NCBI GenBank assembly: GCA_965218695.1 | Contig: OZ244651.1 | Location: 2,272,001 to 2,336,000 of the forward strand | Length of the DNA stretch: 64,000 bases | Direction: 5' to 3' | From: Nitrosopumilus sp. | GTDB lineage: Archaea; Thermoproteota; Nitrososphaeria; Nitrososphaerales; Nitrosopumilaceae | Program-made: the position numbers and the translations under genes | The notes under the pieces: generated by a model | The model's input: only the letters and a program-made list of their open reading frames with translations | Told to the model about the DNA's origin: nothing | The model's database searches: none | In this document: positions 19,947-31,600 of the stretch, one piece after another | Layout: the number at the start of each line of letters is the position of its first letter | Numbering within the stretch: position 1 is the stretch's first letter

Positions 19947-20581
19947 TTGCGATCATCGGCATCATCATCAAGAGTCCACGGGGCGACCCTCCCAAGGATT
20001 CTATGCCAGTCCAGCTTTAGGAGCAGTATTACGACTGCGCTCATCGAGGCACCAAATATTATGATGCCGATGTATACTGGTGTTGCGTCGTTGACGTTTG
20101 CCAGGAACGGCTCTGCAAGGGACAGGCCGAGGTGGTGGGATACAAACACGATGACATAACTCAGGACAATCTTTCCTGTAAGGGTAGCCACAAAGAAGCG
20201 TACAGGGTTGTACCGGGCAAGTCCCAGCGGGACGTATACCAGATCGTCAGGGATGGGCGTGGCTGCTGCAAAGAATGCAGCCCCCGCACCATACCTCTTG
20301 ACCAGCCTCTCAAACGGCCGCATCCGGTGCCTGGTATTTTCGTTGATTATTCGCCGTCCCCCGTAGCTTGCATAGAAGATTATCTGCTTTGCAGCAGTGG
20401 CAGTAACAGCAGAGAGTATCGCCAGGACGTGCAGGTCGTACTGGTCGCCCACCGACATGGTCGCAAGCAGCAGGAATCCGGGCAGCGGGACAAACGGGAC
20501 AAGCGAGCCGATAAAGTTTACAAGCCCGAGACTCAGATAGCCGACCTCGGGGGCAAACGGGAACAGATCGACAAGGTCCAC
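19943..20581 (-). CDS. DedA/VTT-domain membrane protein
   Basis: ATPIPDD motif and multiple TM helices. Confidence 0.85.
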   Translation of the reverse strand: MDLVDLFPFAPEVGYLSLGLVNFIGSLVPFVPLPGFLLLATMSVGDQYDLHVLAILSAVTATAAKQIIFYASYGGRRIINENTRHRMRPFERLVKRYGAGAAFFAAATPIPDDLVYVPLGLARYNPVRFFVATLTGKIVLSYVIVFVSHHLGLSLAEPFLANVNDATPVYIGIIIFGASMSAVVILLLKLDWHRILGRVAPWTLDDDADDRN

Positions 20582-20882
20582 AATCAGATCTCTTTCATGT
20601 GTTAATTAAAAGACTCTATGTGCAGGTGTTCTGCAAAGGCTGCAGATGGCCGAATGCCTCTCCCGGCTGACGCTGCGTGCAGGTGTCATGAGCCTCCCTC
20701 CTCCCCCTAGAGAGCGTCTGCCGGACAGTCCCGGATGCGGCCATGGCCTGCTTTGGGGGCAGTACCGCGCCGTCATGCACGGTTCTGATCTGCATGCACT
20801 GCCAAAGGCGATCTGGCATATCATCCAGGACAGCATGGGCAAGGGAAGCACTTTTTACCATATGCCATTTTTGCAAGAAACC

Positions 20883-21254
20883 ATGAGGATACTTGCAGTG
20901 GATGACGATCCGGACATCACACAGATGTTGGAAATGATCGTCAAGTCCCTTGGGCACGAGTTTGACTCGGCATACGGAGGCAGGGAGGGTTTTGAGAAGA
21001 TCCGCAATGGGGCGTATGACCTGGTATTCCTGGATCTCTCGATGCCGGACTTTATGGGATCGGACGTGGTAGAGACCTTGATCGAGCATGACCTGATGAA
21101 CCGACAAAAGATAGTACTGTTTACGGCCTTTTATCTCGGAACGGGGCATCTGGAGAGGGAACTACAAAAAAAGGGCATCCACTCAGTCATGACAAAGCCT
21201 GCCGACATAGACCAGATCATAGACAAGATAAACGAGGTAGGGAAAGGGGCATAG
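20883..21254 (+). CDS. Stand-alone response regulator receiver domain
   Basis: ILAVDDD, FLDLSMP, FTA and KP motifs; start re-estimated. Confidence 0.9.
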   Translation: MRILAVDDDPDITQMLEMIVKSLGHEFDSAYGGREGFEKIRNGAYDLVFLDLSMPDFMGSDVVETLIEHDLMNRQKIVLFTAFYLGTGHLERELQKKGIHSVMTKPADIDQIIDKINEVGKGA

Positions 21255-21521
21255 CCGCCGTTTGAGGTGGTGGTGGTGGTGGTGGTGGCCGGACACGGGT
21301 CATGCATGGCCGCCTCGTGCGTTGCACCATACGAATTCGGTCTGGACACTAAAAGAACGGACGCATCTGTTCACAATACCGGTGGTCAGGCCAGGTTTTT
21401 GCGTGTCCCGGAGATCACCGGAACCGCGCCAAAGCGGTATGATCTTGAGGCATTTTCGGCAACATCTGCAGACCCGTCTCCTTGGATAAGGATTAAAATA
21501 TTATGCCCTGATGGGAATGGT

Positions 21522-21899
21522 ATGATAGGGCAGACCTTTGATGGCATCTGCAGCGAGATAGCTACATTCAGCCCGTACATCAGGTTTGTGGGCGTCATAG
21601 ACGGGGATGGCCATCTTTTGGCGTACAGGAGGAGGTCGAACATGGTGCCGCTGCTGAACCAGCAGAATACCACGCGCCAGTTTACGCACATTGCCGTAAA
21701 GACGGGCATGGAAAAGTCCTTTGACACGAGTCTTGGAGAGGTGGAGTTTGTCTGGGAGGAGAGAAGAAGGGTTCAGACTATCTCCTTTGGGGTAGGATCC
21801 TTGAGGGTGTGGCTGTCAATTGACAAGAAGGTAATCAGATCAGAGGTGCTCAGAATCATCGACTCCTGCCTGCCAATAGTAAGAAAGTTTTCAGAATAG
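21522..21899 (+). CDS. Hypothetical protein, profilin/roadblock-like small domain
   Basis: IRFVGVIDGDG...LGEVEF pattern seen in thaumarchaeal small proteins; start re-estimated. Confidence 0.55.
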   Translation: MIGQTFDGICSEIATFSPYIRFVGVIDGDGHLLAYRRRSNMVPLLNQQNTTRQFTHIAVKTGMEKSFDTSLGEVEFVWEERRRVQTISFGVGSLRVWLSIDKKVIRSEVLRIIDSCLPIVRKFSE

Positions 21900-21956
21900 T
21901 CCTGCTGCAGGATCATCCCCCGTATATCATGCACCGGGCATCACGGATATGCGGAT

Positions 21957-22928
21957 TTATTCTGCAGCAGGGCTCTTCTCTTCAAGCCAGCAGCGCACGT
22001 ATCCGGTACCGGTCTTGAACTTTGGCGGAACCTCCTTGCATTTTTCAACTGCCAGGGGGCACCTGTCAATGAACCTGCACATGGTGGGGGCATCAAGCAG
22101 GCTCGGGGGTATTCCGGGGATTGATTTTGGCCTGTCGCCCCTCAGCCTCGGAATCGACTGCAGCAGCCCCTGCGTGTACGGGTGTCTTGGGTTATTGTAG
22201 ACCTCTTCTGAGGTGCCAAACTCTACAATGTGCCCGCCGTACATCACTGCAACCTTGTCTGCAATCTCGGAGAGGACTGCCAGGTCATGCGTGATGAGTA
22301 TGAACGAGACGCCCTGTTTCTTTAGGGATTTTAGCAGGTTGACTATCTGGGCCTGAATCAGGACGTCAAGGGCGGTGGTAGGCTCGTCGGCAATCACTAT
22401 GCTCGGCTTGAGCAGCAGGGCCATTGCAATGACTACGCGCTGCTTCATTCCGCCGCTAAGCTCGTGCGGGTACTTGCGGAGGACGGCCGGGTCAAGGCGG
22501 ACGGACTGGACTGCATCAGATATTGCGCCGTCAAAGTCGCCTTCGAACCTGTGCCGCTGCAGGATCTCTATGAACTGATCCCGGATCGTAAAGACCGGAT
22601 CCAAGGAGTTCATTGCGCCCTGGAACATCATGGAGATCTTCTTCCACCTGTACCCAGAATCAAACGCAGACTCCTCCATGTCCAGAAGCGAGCGTCCGTC
22701 GAGGGTTATCCTGCCCTGCACCGTTCCGCCCGAGATCATCCGGATTACCGACAGGCCCAGCGTGCTCTTTCCGCATGCGCTCTCGCCTGCGATTCCCATC
22801 GACTCCCCGTCGTGCAGATCAAAGTCTGCATCATCTACTGCATATACCGGGCCTCCGGACGTGGCATACGTTACGCAGAGTCCGCGGGCATCTAGCAGTG
22901 CCATGTCCTCAGATCCAAGTTGTAGCAT
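21957..22928 (-). CDS. Oligopeptide/dipeptide ABC transporter ATP-binding protein (OppD/DppD-like)
   Basis: GESACGKST, LSGGMKQR, ADEPTT, HPYT, C-terminal Cys motif. Confidence 0.92.
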   Translation of the reverse strand: MLQLGSEDMALLDARGLCVTYATSGGPVYAVDDADFDLHDGESMGIAGESACGKSTLGLSVIRMISGGTVQGRITLDGRSLLDMEESAFDSGYRWKKISMMFQGAMNSLDPVFTIRDQFIEILQRHRFEGDFDGAISDAVQSVRLDPAVLRKYPHELSGGMKQRVVIAMALLLKPSIVIADEPTTALDVLIQAQIVNLLKSLKKQGVSFILITHDLAVLSEIADKVAVMYGGHIVEFGTSEEVYNNPRHPYTQGLLQSIPRLRGDRPKSIPGIPPSLLDAPTMCRFIDRCPLAVEKCKEVPPKFKTGTGYVRCWLEEKSPAAE

Positions 22929-23049
22929 CTGCCTTCATTAAGGGATATAAACAACACCGTCAGAGACTGATTGGATTGGAACATTTAGCATGCATGGAGG
23001 AGTGGTCTGCAGCGTACCCGGTACCGGGACGCCTCGGGGGCGGCAGGCC

Positions 23050-24336
23050 ATGACGTTTGTCAAGACGCACGACATAGCAGATATCGGCGCAGGGATGATC
23101 GGGGAGCGCGTGGTCCTCGGGGGCTGGGTCGAGGATCTTAGGAAGATGGGCAAGATGTCATTCATCACGCTCCGGGACGTGTCGGGAATATCCCAGGTGA
23201 TCGTAAAGGGGGAGACAAACGAGGGCATGGGAGAGATCAACAGGCAGAGCACAGTCAGGGTGAGCGGAACGGTCCAGGAGACAAGGGCCAGGGACTATTC
23301 GTTTGAGATTAATGCAGATGCCGTGGAGGTGCTGGGAAGGGCCGTCCATCCGCTTCCGGTCGACCCGATTGGCAGGCTGGAGAGCAACATCGATACTAGG
23401 CTGAACCATCGCGCCCTGGACATGAGAAACCAAAAGACTGCATCAATATTCAAGATGAGGCACCACGTGCTGCAGTCCCTGCGCAGCACCCTGACACAAA
23501 AAAAATTCATAGAGATAACGACGCCCAAGATCATCGGCAGCGCAAGCGAAGGGGGCGCCAACCTGTTCTCGCTGGAATACTTTGGAAAGACGGCATACCT
23601 GGCACAAAGCCCGCAGCTGTACAAGGAGCAGATGACCATCGGGCTGGAGAGGGTCTTTGAGATATCAAACTTTTACCGTGCAGAAAACTCCCACACGGGC
23701 AGGCACCTGAGCGAGTTTACCAGCATAGACATAGAGGCAGCATTCATGGACTATGACGATGTCATGGACGTGCTGGAGGGCCTGGTGACTGCAGTGTACA
23801 AGTCTGCATCAGAGAACTGCAGGGCAGAGCAGGAGGCCATCGGGAATACCATCAGCGTCCCAAAATCTCCGTTTGAGAGGATCACGTACGGGCAGTGCGT
23901 CGAGGAGCTCCGCGTGGAGGATCAGAAGGTGGAGTTTGGAGACGACCTGCTGGATTCGCATCTGAGAATAATAGGAAAGAGGCATCCGGGATTCTTCTTT
24001 TTGACGGACTGGCCGATACGGCTCAAGCCGTTTTACATCATGGAGAAGGACGAGGATGCCACCGTCTCCCGCTCCTTTGACCTGCAGTACGGGTACCTGG
24101 AGCTGTCGTCCGGAGGCACGAGGCTTCACGATCCCGAGGTGCTAAAGGGCAGGCTGAAGGAGCAGGGGCTTGACCCGGCCCAGTTTACAGACCACCTCAA
24201 GGCCTTTGACTGGGGGATGCCGCCGCATTCCGGATGGGGGATGGGGCTGGACAGGCTGATGGCCACCATAATCGGGGTGGACAACGTCCGCGAGGTCGTG
24301 CTGTATCCGAGGGATCCGGACAGGCTCAGGCCGTAA
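23050..24336 (+). CDS. aspS: Aspartate-tRNA ligase (archaeal type)
   Basis: OB fold, LAQSPQLYK, YRAE, RHLSEFT, GMPPHSGWGMG, YPRD. Confidence 0.95.
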   Translation: MTFVKTHDIADIGAGMIGERVVLGGWVEDLRKMGKMSFITLRDVSGISQVIVKGETNEGMGEINRQSTVRVSGTVQETRARDYSFEINADAVEVLGRAVHPLPVDPIGRLESNIDTRLNHRALDMRNQKTASIFKMRHHVLQSLRSTLTQKKFIEITTPKIIGSASEGGANLFSLEYFGKTAYLAQSPQLYKEQMTIGLERVFEISNFYRAENSHTGRHLSEFTSIDIEAAFMDYDDVMDVLEGLVTAVYKSASENCRAEQEAIGNTISVPKSPFERITYGQCVEELRVEDQKVEFGDDLLDSHLRIIGKRHPGFFFLTDWPIRLKPFYIMEKDEDATVSRSFDLQYGYLELSSGGTRLHDPEVLKGRLKEQGLDPAQFTDHLKAFDWGMPPHSGWGMGLDRLMATIIGVDNVREVVLYPRDPDRLRP

Positions 24337-24526
24337 TGCAGTCGTGTATATTCGGCAAGGCATCGTCTGCAACAGTCATCGTTATCATCATCATCACATT
24401 CCGAATTACACAAAAAAATTCATGCAAAATTTAACCAGTCAGACTGAATCATGGATCACGCTATCCCTTGACGCAGTACGGGCAGGACAAAGCAGAAAAA
24501 CCCAAGACAGGAAATGGCTGCCGCGA

Positions 24527-26446
24527 CTAGGATTTCTTGATCTTTTTTTGCTTATTTCTGCATATTATTGCAGCAGTCCCAAACGCCGGAGAACCGACAT
24601 ACATTCCAAGATTCAGCAAGACTATGGAGACTCCATAGCCTAGCATCTCCCCTTCAGAGTCGATATCTGCATGATTCAGCAGGGACAGGGATGCCAGCAT
24701 CGGGGTCAGTGCTATCCTTACTGTCTCCCTGAATACCGGATGCTCTCTTTGCAGATCAGCTATTGCAGGAGAGAACGAATAATACACCTGGTTGAATGAT
24801 GCCATGAATGCAGCACCCGACCCTGTTGACAGAACCGCATTGTCCCTGAGCTCCCTCAACTGCTGTACCTGCGGTGCAAGCTCCGAGCCGTATGCTGCAG
24901 TCGCAATCAGACAGCCGCCGCCTCCTCCGTTGGATTCTCCAGTCGAATCATCCGGCGGCGGGACTTCCAGTAGGTCAGTCGGAGGCTGGATTTCCAGTAG
25001 ATCAGTCGGAGGCGTGGACGGGGCCTCAGCAAGGGCAGATATCTGATCCGGCCCTACCTCTACAAGTGCAGAGCCGATTCCCGAGTAGGTGGCATCATAA
25101 TCCAGTCCGGTTCCCACCACCAAAACGTCAATCCTGAGCAGGCCCTCTGATGGGACATGAATATTCTGTACATCGATTCCCTCAGAGGAGAGGATTGCAG
25201 GGTTGTCAGGATCGCGTGTAACAGACGAGGAGAGTTCCTGCCCGAATTCGTCAGATACAGAATATGCGTACCAGACATCCCGGATAAGTTGCCTGTCAGA
25301 ATCAAAGAACGCAAACTCGAACGGAATTGTCTGGCCTGCACCGTACGTGCTGTCCCATGAAAGCTGGACGGTATTAGGGGTCGGTTCGAAGTTTACTGTA
25401 TCCGCAAGATAAAACTCTGCAAAGTTCTTTGAGGCTCCGTCTGATGGAACCAGTTTAAAGTTCATGTTCTTGTTGGCATGGTGTTCCGGACCCAGGGCAT
25501 CATTGATCCTTAGCAGTTCGGTCTGGGATACTAGGAAATGAATGATGTTTGTGTCGTCCATTGTGTATGGATCGTTGAGCAGTGCCCTCTGGCCAATCTC
25601 AATCCCGTTGACATATCCCTTAAACTGCGTTCCGCTGACATATGGTGCAAAGCTTGACGGAATCTGAATCTCCTCGTGCACCACAGGAACCAGATCCACA
25701 TAGTCTGGACTCCAGTCAAACGGCATGTCAAACGTAATGGAGTTGTCAGAGGCATCAAATGCAAAGTTTTTCACATCGTCATAGTATGTCTTGACGACTA
25801 CGGGAACTTCCTGTGCGTGCGCCGTGCTGATTAAAAAGTCCTGTTCCTGCGCGATGCTGACAAACGTATCGTAGCTTAGTCTCTCTGCAACCAGTGCCTT
25901 CGGACTGGTTGCGCCATCGATGTCTATCTTGATGTTATACAGGCCGCCCCTGTCAAATACCGGTCCTGTGATAGTGGGCCTTGCGCAGGCATCTAGGTTG
26001 TCGTCGTCGCATTCTGGCCCGTACACATAAAGTGCTTCAGGGGCACTCGGATGCTCGGATCCGCCATAAACGGTACATCGCCAGAGATCCACAGCATCGC
26101 AATCAGCAGTCGGGCGAACCTCCACGTAGAGTATCCCGTCATCATCATAAAAGAAACTGCCTGCAAGCAGTTCGTTCTTCCAGATTTCTACCCTGTACGT
26201 CACCTTCTCCAACGTATTATCGGTCTCAAGATCAAAGAACCTAATCTTCAGGTTGACATCATCAATACTTCCAACTGTAAGATCAGCCGGGGTGATGTCA
26301 GTGCGTACCGTGACGTTCATGCCCTCAAAGCTGATGGGCTCGGCCTGATCACCTCCGATTCCGTGTCCAAAGGCAGTTGGAAGAGCAACAGAAATAGCAA
26401 GTACGCCGACTGCCATCGCAAGCAGCCCAGGCACATAATACAACAA
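24527..26446 (-). CDS. Secreted protein with CFI-box-CTERM domain
   Basis: Signal peptide; [27 protein letters not shown]; C-terminal TM; duplicated PPTDLLE linker. Confidence 0.85.
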   Translation of the reverse strand: MLYYVPGLLAMAVGVLAISVALPTAFGHGIGGDQAEPISFEGMNVTVRTDITPADLTVGSIDDVNLKIRFFDLETDNTLEKVTYRVEIWKNELLAGSFFYDDDGILYVEVRPTADCDAVDLWRCTVYGGSEHPSAPEALYVYGPECDDDNLDACARPTITGPVFDRGGLYNIKIDIDGATSPKALVAERLSYDTFVSIAQEQDFLISTAHAQEVPVVVKTYYDDVKNFAFDASDNSITFDMPFDWSPDYVDLVPVVHEEIQIPSSFAPYVSGTQFKGYVNGIEIGQRALLNDPYTMDDTNIIHFLVSQTELLRINDALGPEHHANKNMNFKLVPSDGASKNFAEFYLADTVNFEPTPNTVQLSWDSTYGAGQTIPFEFAFFDSDRQLIRDVWYAYSVSDEFGQELSSSVTRDPDNPAILSSEGIDVQNIHVPSEGLLRIDVLVVGTGLDYDATYSGIGSALVEVGPDQISALAEAPSTPPTDLLEIQPPTDLLEVPPPDDSTGESNGGGGGCLIATAAYGSELAPQVQQLRELRDNAVLSTGSGAAFMASFNQVYYSFSPAIADLQREHPVFRETVRIALTPMLASLSLLNHADIDSEGEMLGYGVSIVLLNLGMYVGSPAFGTAAIICRNKQKKIKKS

Positions 26447-26949
26447 AAGAATTATGCAAAAACCATATTTAAATCTGAACGCTGTAATTTATTTCCGGTA
26501 TTTTTCATGCCGGGGGTGGTATTCGGACGGTATCAGATATTCTAATCGCCGGCAAGTCATAACTTACAAAGCATGGTCTTTGTTTGCACGGTGGCAGCAG
26601 ACGCCCTGAGAATTCCGATGTCATCGCGCCACAATTTTGAATTATCGGATATATTGGTCAAATATTCTGATTTACTAAAATGTTGTATTGTGATTATTTA
26701 TGATTCCTTGTTCGCATGCAGCCGTCATTTCAAAACTAATCAGTGGCATAAACCGCAGACATGGCGACAATACAGCGTTCGTTTTGAATCAGATACGCCA
26801 TGCGTTGATAAATAATTGTGAGGTTTTACAATTAATTTGATAGTGCCAGGGTTATGATCAACATGCGGATACAGGAATTTGCGTCATAACCCGGCAGTAG
26901 GTTGACAGACGCAACTCAGACTTTTATGCCACCCGGATTATGCCAATTC

Positions 26950-27186
26950 ATGATTGAAAAGGAAAGCGCAAAGAAGGTTCTGGAGGTAATAGGCAACAAC
27001 CTCATAGGCGTGTCCCATGACGGAAAAAACTTTGCCAAGCTGCCTGATGCCTACTGGGGATATTTTGCAAGGGGCCATGACAGCAAGGGGGCGTTTGGCG
27101 TGATCGTCACGTATGCAGAGGACGGCAAGGATGTCGATGATCTCATCGGCATGTATGAGGAATGGGTCAAAAAGAACAAGTCCTGA
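26950..27186 (+). CDS. Small hypothetical protein
   Basis: MIEKESAKKVLEVIGNNL...; coherent codon usage. Confidence 0.55.
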   Translation: MIEKESAKKVLEVIGNNLIGVSHDGKNFAKLPDAYWGYFARGHDSKGAFGVIVTYAEDGKDVDDLIGMYEEWVKKNKS

Positions 27187-27453
27187 ATGTTATTTTGTTT
27201 CCCGTAACAGTGTTCGGTACCCCTGACACTCCTTGCATATCGGTTTTCCCTTGTATTTGGGATTGCCATCGCGGATCTTCAGCGTGCCGGGGTTCTTCTT
27301 GCAGATACAGCATACTACTACCATGGGTGACATGAAATGATGTAACTAATAAAACATACAGAGGCGCACTCTGAACTTAGCGTTGGTAATTCTCCGTGTT
27401 AACTACCGTTTGGTATGGTTCGAACCCGTCAGACAGCACGCGTCCGAACGTTC

Positions 27454-28146
27454 TCATGGAAGGGCAGACGGTCTGTATATCTCAACCATCCCCCCGGTTC
27501 TGTTTTCGACCCACTCATCGAATATGAGATGATCCCCGTCATTCGATACAAAGTAAACCTTCCTCTCATTCTATAACCACATCGCCTTGGCCAGCATCTT
27601 CGCGTCGTTTCTCTTTGCCTCTCTCCCCAGATACCTAAGTTTCCGTCGTGTCCATATGTCTTCTTTCTCGGCTTCCTTTCTCGCACATTTATCGTGCAGC
27701 ATCGTTCTTTTGAGTCTTAGCCACCTCCTTGCCGTCTTGCTGTCCGGCATCTCCACAATCCTGTCCATCATAGATAGCATTGCCTTCAAGTGTTTCTCGT
27801 AATCCATTCTCCTGACATCTATCTTTTCATATTCTTACGGCAGAACATCATTCACCATTCTGATAATCTCGGCTGATGATTTTAGCTGATAATCCTCTCC
27901 CAGCGTACCTGCGTTGCACTTGGCGAGGACGACGTTGGTGATCTCTGTGAGAACAGTGCCTGCTACCGTCAAGTTTTTTCCGTCCATGAAACCACGTACC
28001 TTTGTGACTTCGAATCCGGAGCACTGTCTGAGTCCCATCCCGTCCAATACCACGAAGAGAAGGGCACTGGTATCAAATATCACCGTGGCCTGACTTGAAT
28101 TACTGCCACCTGCATGTACGTCACCTTGATCTCGATTGTCCGTCAT
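27454..28146 (-). pseudogene. PIN-domain protein pseudogene with two in-frame stops
   Basis: One frame carries IFDTSAL...VLTE...(TAA 27835-27837)...DAKMLAKA...(TAG 27571-27573)...FVSNDGDH. Confidence 0.7.
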
Positions 28147-28357
28147 CGTAACTATAATTTTCCAGTCCGAGCGGTCCCGAACATATCCCATATCTGACTG
28201 CTCAAACCCTTTATGAATTTCGATAGGTGTGCACTGGTAACTTATCTGGGTATGATTCTGCTTGGAAAGCATCGGGGTACAGGCTCTGTAAATATGGTGA
28301 TCTCGTTTTAGAACAGTTAATTCTGCAAGATCTGGATAAGATCAACAAATCTCACTT

Positions 28358-28570
28358 TTGAACGGCAAATTCCTCAGATCATCATATTTGAACAGAGTCG
28401 CGACGCCGAAGATCAGCGCAGTAGAGTCGGTATGGAAGGATGCAAAGTACAGGCTTGTCACTTCCGAACACTACGAGACGTTGGAGAACCTGACTCATGC
28501 GGTGTCCGAGTATTTCAGGACGTGTTCAATCAGGCTTGACATCTACAAGTTCCTGTACCGCTACGTATGA
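28358..28570 (+). pseudogene. IS630-family transposase C-terminal remnant
   Basis: ATPKISAVESVWKDAK resembles the SPxLNPIExxWxxxK motif. Confidence 0.6.
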
Positions 28571-28610
28571 AGCAAAATTTTCACTGATCGTTACTCTAGG
28601 ATGTGCCCTC

Positions 28611-31600
28611 TCAGTTGGCAGCGCTGACGGTGTAGGACTGGTCGGAGCCTGAGGGGATGAGGCTGGACAGCGAGTTGTTTGCAGAGTCCGTGATGTCGTT
28701 GTCTTGAGTTACGTCAAGATTGTACGTGCCTTCCTGGGAAGAGTCTACCGTGACATAATACTGGCTGCCGGAGCCTGTCACGGACGTGATGGGGTCGACG
28801 CCCTCGCCTAACGCAAGGGACCAGCTGTTCAGGGTGCCCTCATCAGCGTCATAGTTATCATGGATTCGCAGCTGCCAGTCGCCGTTGATCGAGACGCTTC
28901 CAAAGTCGGGAGCGTATGTCGCGACGATGTCGCGTGACGAGCCGCCGGTGCGGTTGTGGAGCGTCTCGGTCGTGCCGTCAGGCGCGACGAGATCCACCTT
29001 GAGATCGCCTATGTAGGCGTGTGTGATGTTTACAGACACTGACACCGATGCGGCAATGGCAGAGTCAGAGACGGCGATCGTGTCTGCCTTGCTAACGTTA
29101 AATGGTACAAAGAGGGACGGCGAACTGGAATACGTAAACGTCTGGGAGTCCGTACCAGGGCTGCCCGGGGACAGCTCAAAGTCATCAGTGCCCACGCCGG
29201 TCACGGTCTCGCTGAAGGCCACCTTGAACTGGAGCGTGTCACCGTCAGTATCCTCCGCGGCAGGATCGTACCTCGTGATGGAGGCGACAGTAGGTGCCAA
29301 GTCTGCGACGGTGACTGTTCTGGTTACTTGGGTGGCAGGATTGCCGGCGTCGTCTGTGCACGTAAAGGTCACCTCGTATGTCTGGGCAACGTTGGTGTTC
29401 ACGTCGTTGGACACGGCGATCCGAGACGAGATGTCGCCGTCGGTGTCGTCTTCACACGTTGCACCATCGTCAACGTACGTTGTGCCCACGCCCACGCTTA
29501 CTGCAGACTGGCCCACAAGTGTGATTACCGGCGGTGTGTCGTCGACTGGGGCCGTAACGGTGTAGGGTTGGTCGGAGCCTGAGGGGATGAGGCTGGACAG
29601 CGAGGTGTTTGCAGAGTCCGTGATGTCGTTGTCTTGAGTTACGTCAAGATTGTACGTGCCTTCCTGGGAAGAGTCTACCGTGACATAATACTGGCTGCCG
29701 GAGCCTGTCACGGACGTGATGGGGTCGACGCCCTCGCCTAACGCAAGGGACCAGCTGTTCAGGGTGCCCTCATCAGCGTCATAGTTATCATGGATTCGCA
29801 GCTGCCAGTCGCCGTTGATCGAGACGCTTCCAAAGTCGGGAGTGTATGTCGCGACGATGTCGCGTGACGAGCCGCCGGTGCGGTTGTGGAGCGTCTTGGT
29901 CGTGCCGTCAGGCGCGATGAGATCCACCTTGAGATCGCCTATGTAGGCGTGTGTGATGTTTACAGACACTGACACCGATGCGGCAATGGCAGAGTCAGAG
30001 ACGGCGATCGTGTCTGCCTTGCTAACGTTAAATGGTACAAAGAGGGACGGCGCGCTGGAATACGTGAACGTATTGGAGACAGCGGCGCTTGGGCCGTCAG
30101 GGGACAGCTCAAAGTCATCAGTGCCCACGCCGGTCACGGTCTCGCTGAAGGCCACCTTGAACTGGAGCGTTTCGCTGTCAGTAACCTGCGTTGCAGGATC
30201 GTACCTCGTGATGTGGGTAATGGTAGGCACTGTTTCAGAAGATGGATTGACCTTGATGCTGGCGGAAATAGATGGCTTTACGTCAAGTCCAATCGTGCGT
30301 ATATTTGCAGTGTCGGCAGTTATTGTTATGTCATATCTGGATTTAGTAGAATAGTCAGAGACGGAATTGAGGACAAGCCGTCCGTCCGTGATTGTAAAGT
30401 AGCTAGCGTCTGTACCTGTAATGTTGTAATTGTCAATACCTGTATCAAACCCTACCAGTGTTGATATGTCAGCGACTGATGTTTGGCCGTTATCAACTGA
30501 CGTATCTTCCAGAACAATAAACCACGATCCCAGATTCCCATCGAATTCGATGGCATTGTAGAACATTTCAAACATATTATGATAGTGGATTACAGAAGAG
30601 ACGTCCCAGTTGGACAGGTCGCCGTTGAAGGAGCTGGCGTAAGAGAACATGCCGTACATGTCTTTCGCGGAGGAGACGTCCCAGTTGGACAGGTCGCTGT
30701 TGAAAGAAGTAGCAAGTAGGAAAGTTTGAGTCATATATTGCACAGAAGAGACGTTCCAGTTGGACAGGTCGCCGTTGAAGGAGTTGGCGTTAACGAACAT
30801 GTAGGTCATGTCCGTTACTTTGGATACGTCCCAGTTGGACAGGTTGCCGTTGAAGGAGTCGGCGTCAACGAACATGTAGATCATGTCCGTTACTTTGGAT
30901 ACGTCCCAGTTGGACAGGTTGCCGTTGAAGGAGCTGGCGCTAGCGAACATGTAACGCAGGTTGGTCATTTGAGAGACGTCCCAGTTGGACAGGTCGCCGT
31001 TGAAGGAGGAATTCCTGAACATGTAGGTCACGCGCGGGTTGGAGGATAGATTAGGGGCATCATCTGCCTCATATTGCATGTTTACTGTACCGCTGAACAT
31101 GTATGACATATCAGACCATGCGGTGTCTCCCCACTGATCTAGGGATATGAGCAATTCAGGGGAATCTTCGGTCCATCTAGGATTATTATAGTGAAAATAG
31201 AAACGTTCCAAGTCGCCTGAGATTGCAACAGTAGTGGTTATTGGCGAAGAGGGCTGCTGGGTGTATAGATAATATGTAGACACCGGTCCGCTTTTGGTGA
31301 CGTTCTGGACGGCACTGCCATCCCCCCAGTCTATTGACACCTGGCCTCCGGATGCCACGTCAATGTGGAATCTTATAGACGCGTAACTGTGCTGGGGCTG
31401 ATCTGTAGGTGCTCCAGTAATATTCCACGTGGTGACAAAAGAAGAAGTGTCAGATACTTGAGCATACGCCTGTGGCAGTAGCATCGAATACACCTTCGCA
31501 TCTGCCAGGCCAGGCCAGTTATAGAACGGGGGATGTGGCAGCTGGTTCGTCTCTGCCTGCGAGGCCTCATCGTAAGGTCCTGCCAGCAGTCCAAACATCA

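Noticed and set aside
30598-31010. Regularly spaced repeats resembling a CRISPR array
   Set aside because: The period is exactly 75 bp and in frame within a DUF285 protein; the intervening sequences are homologous; no cas genes
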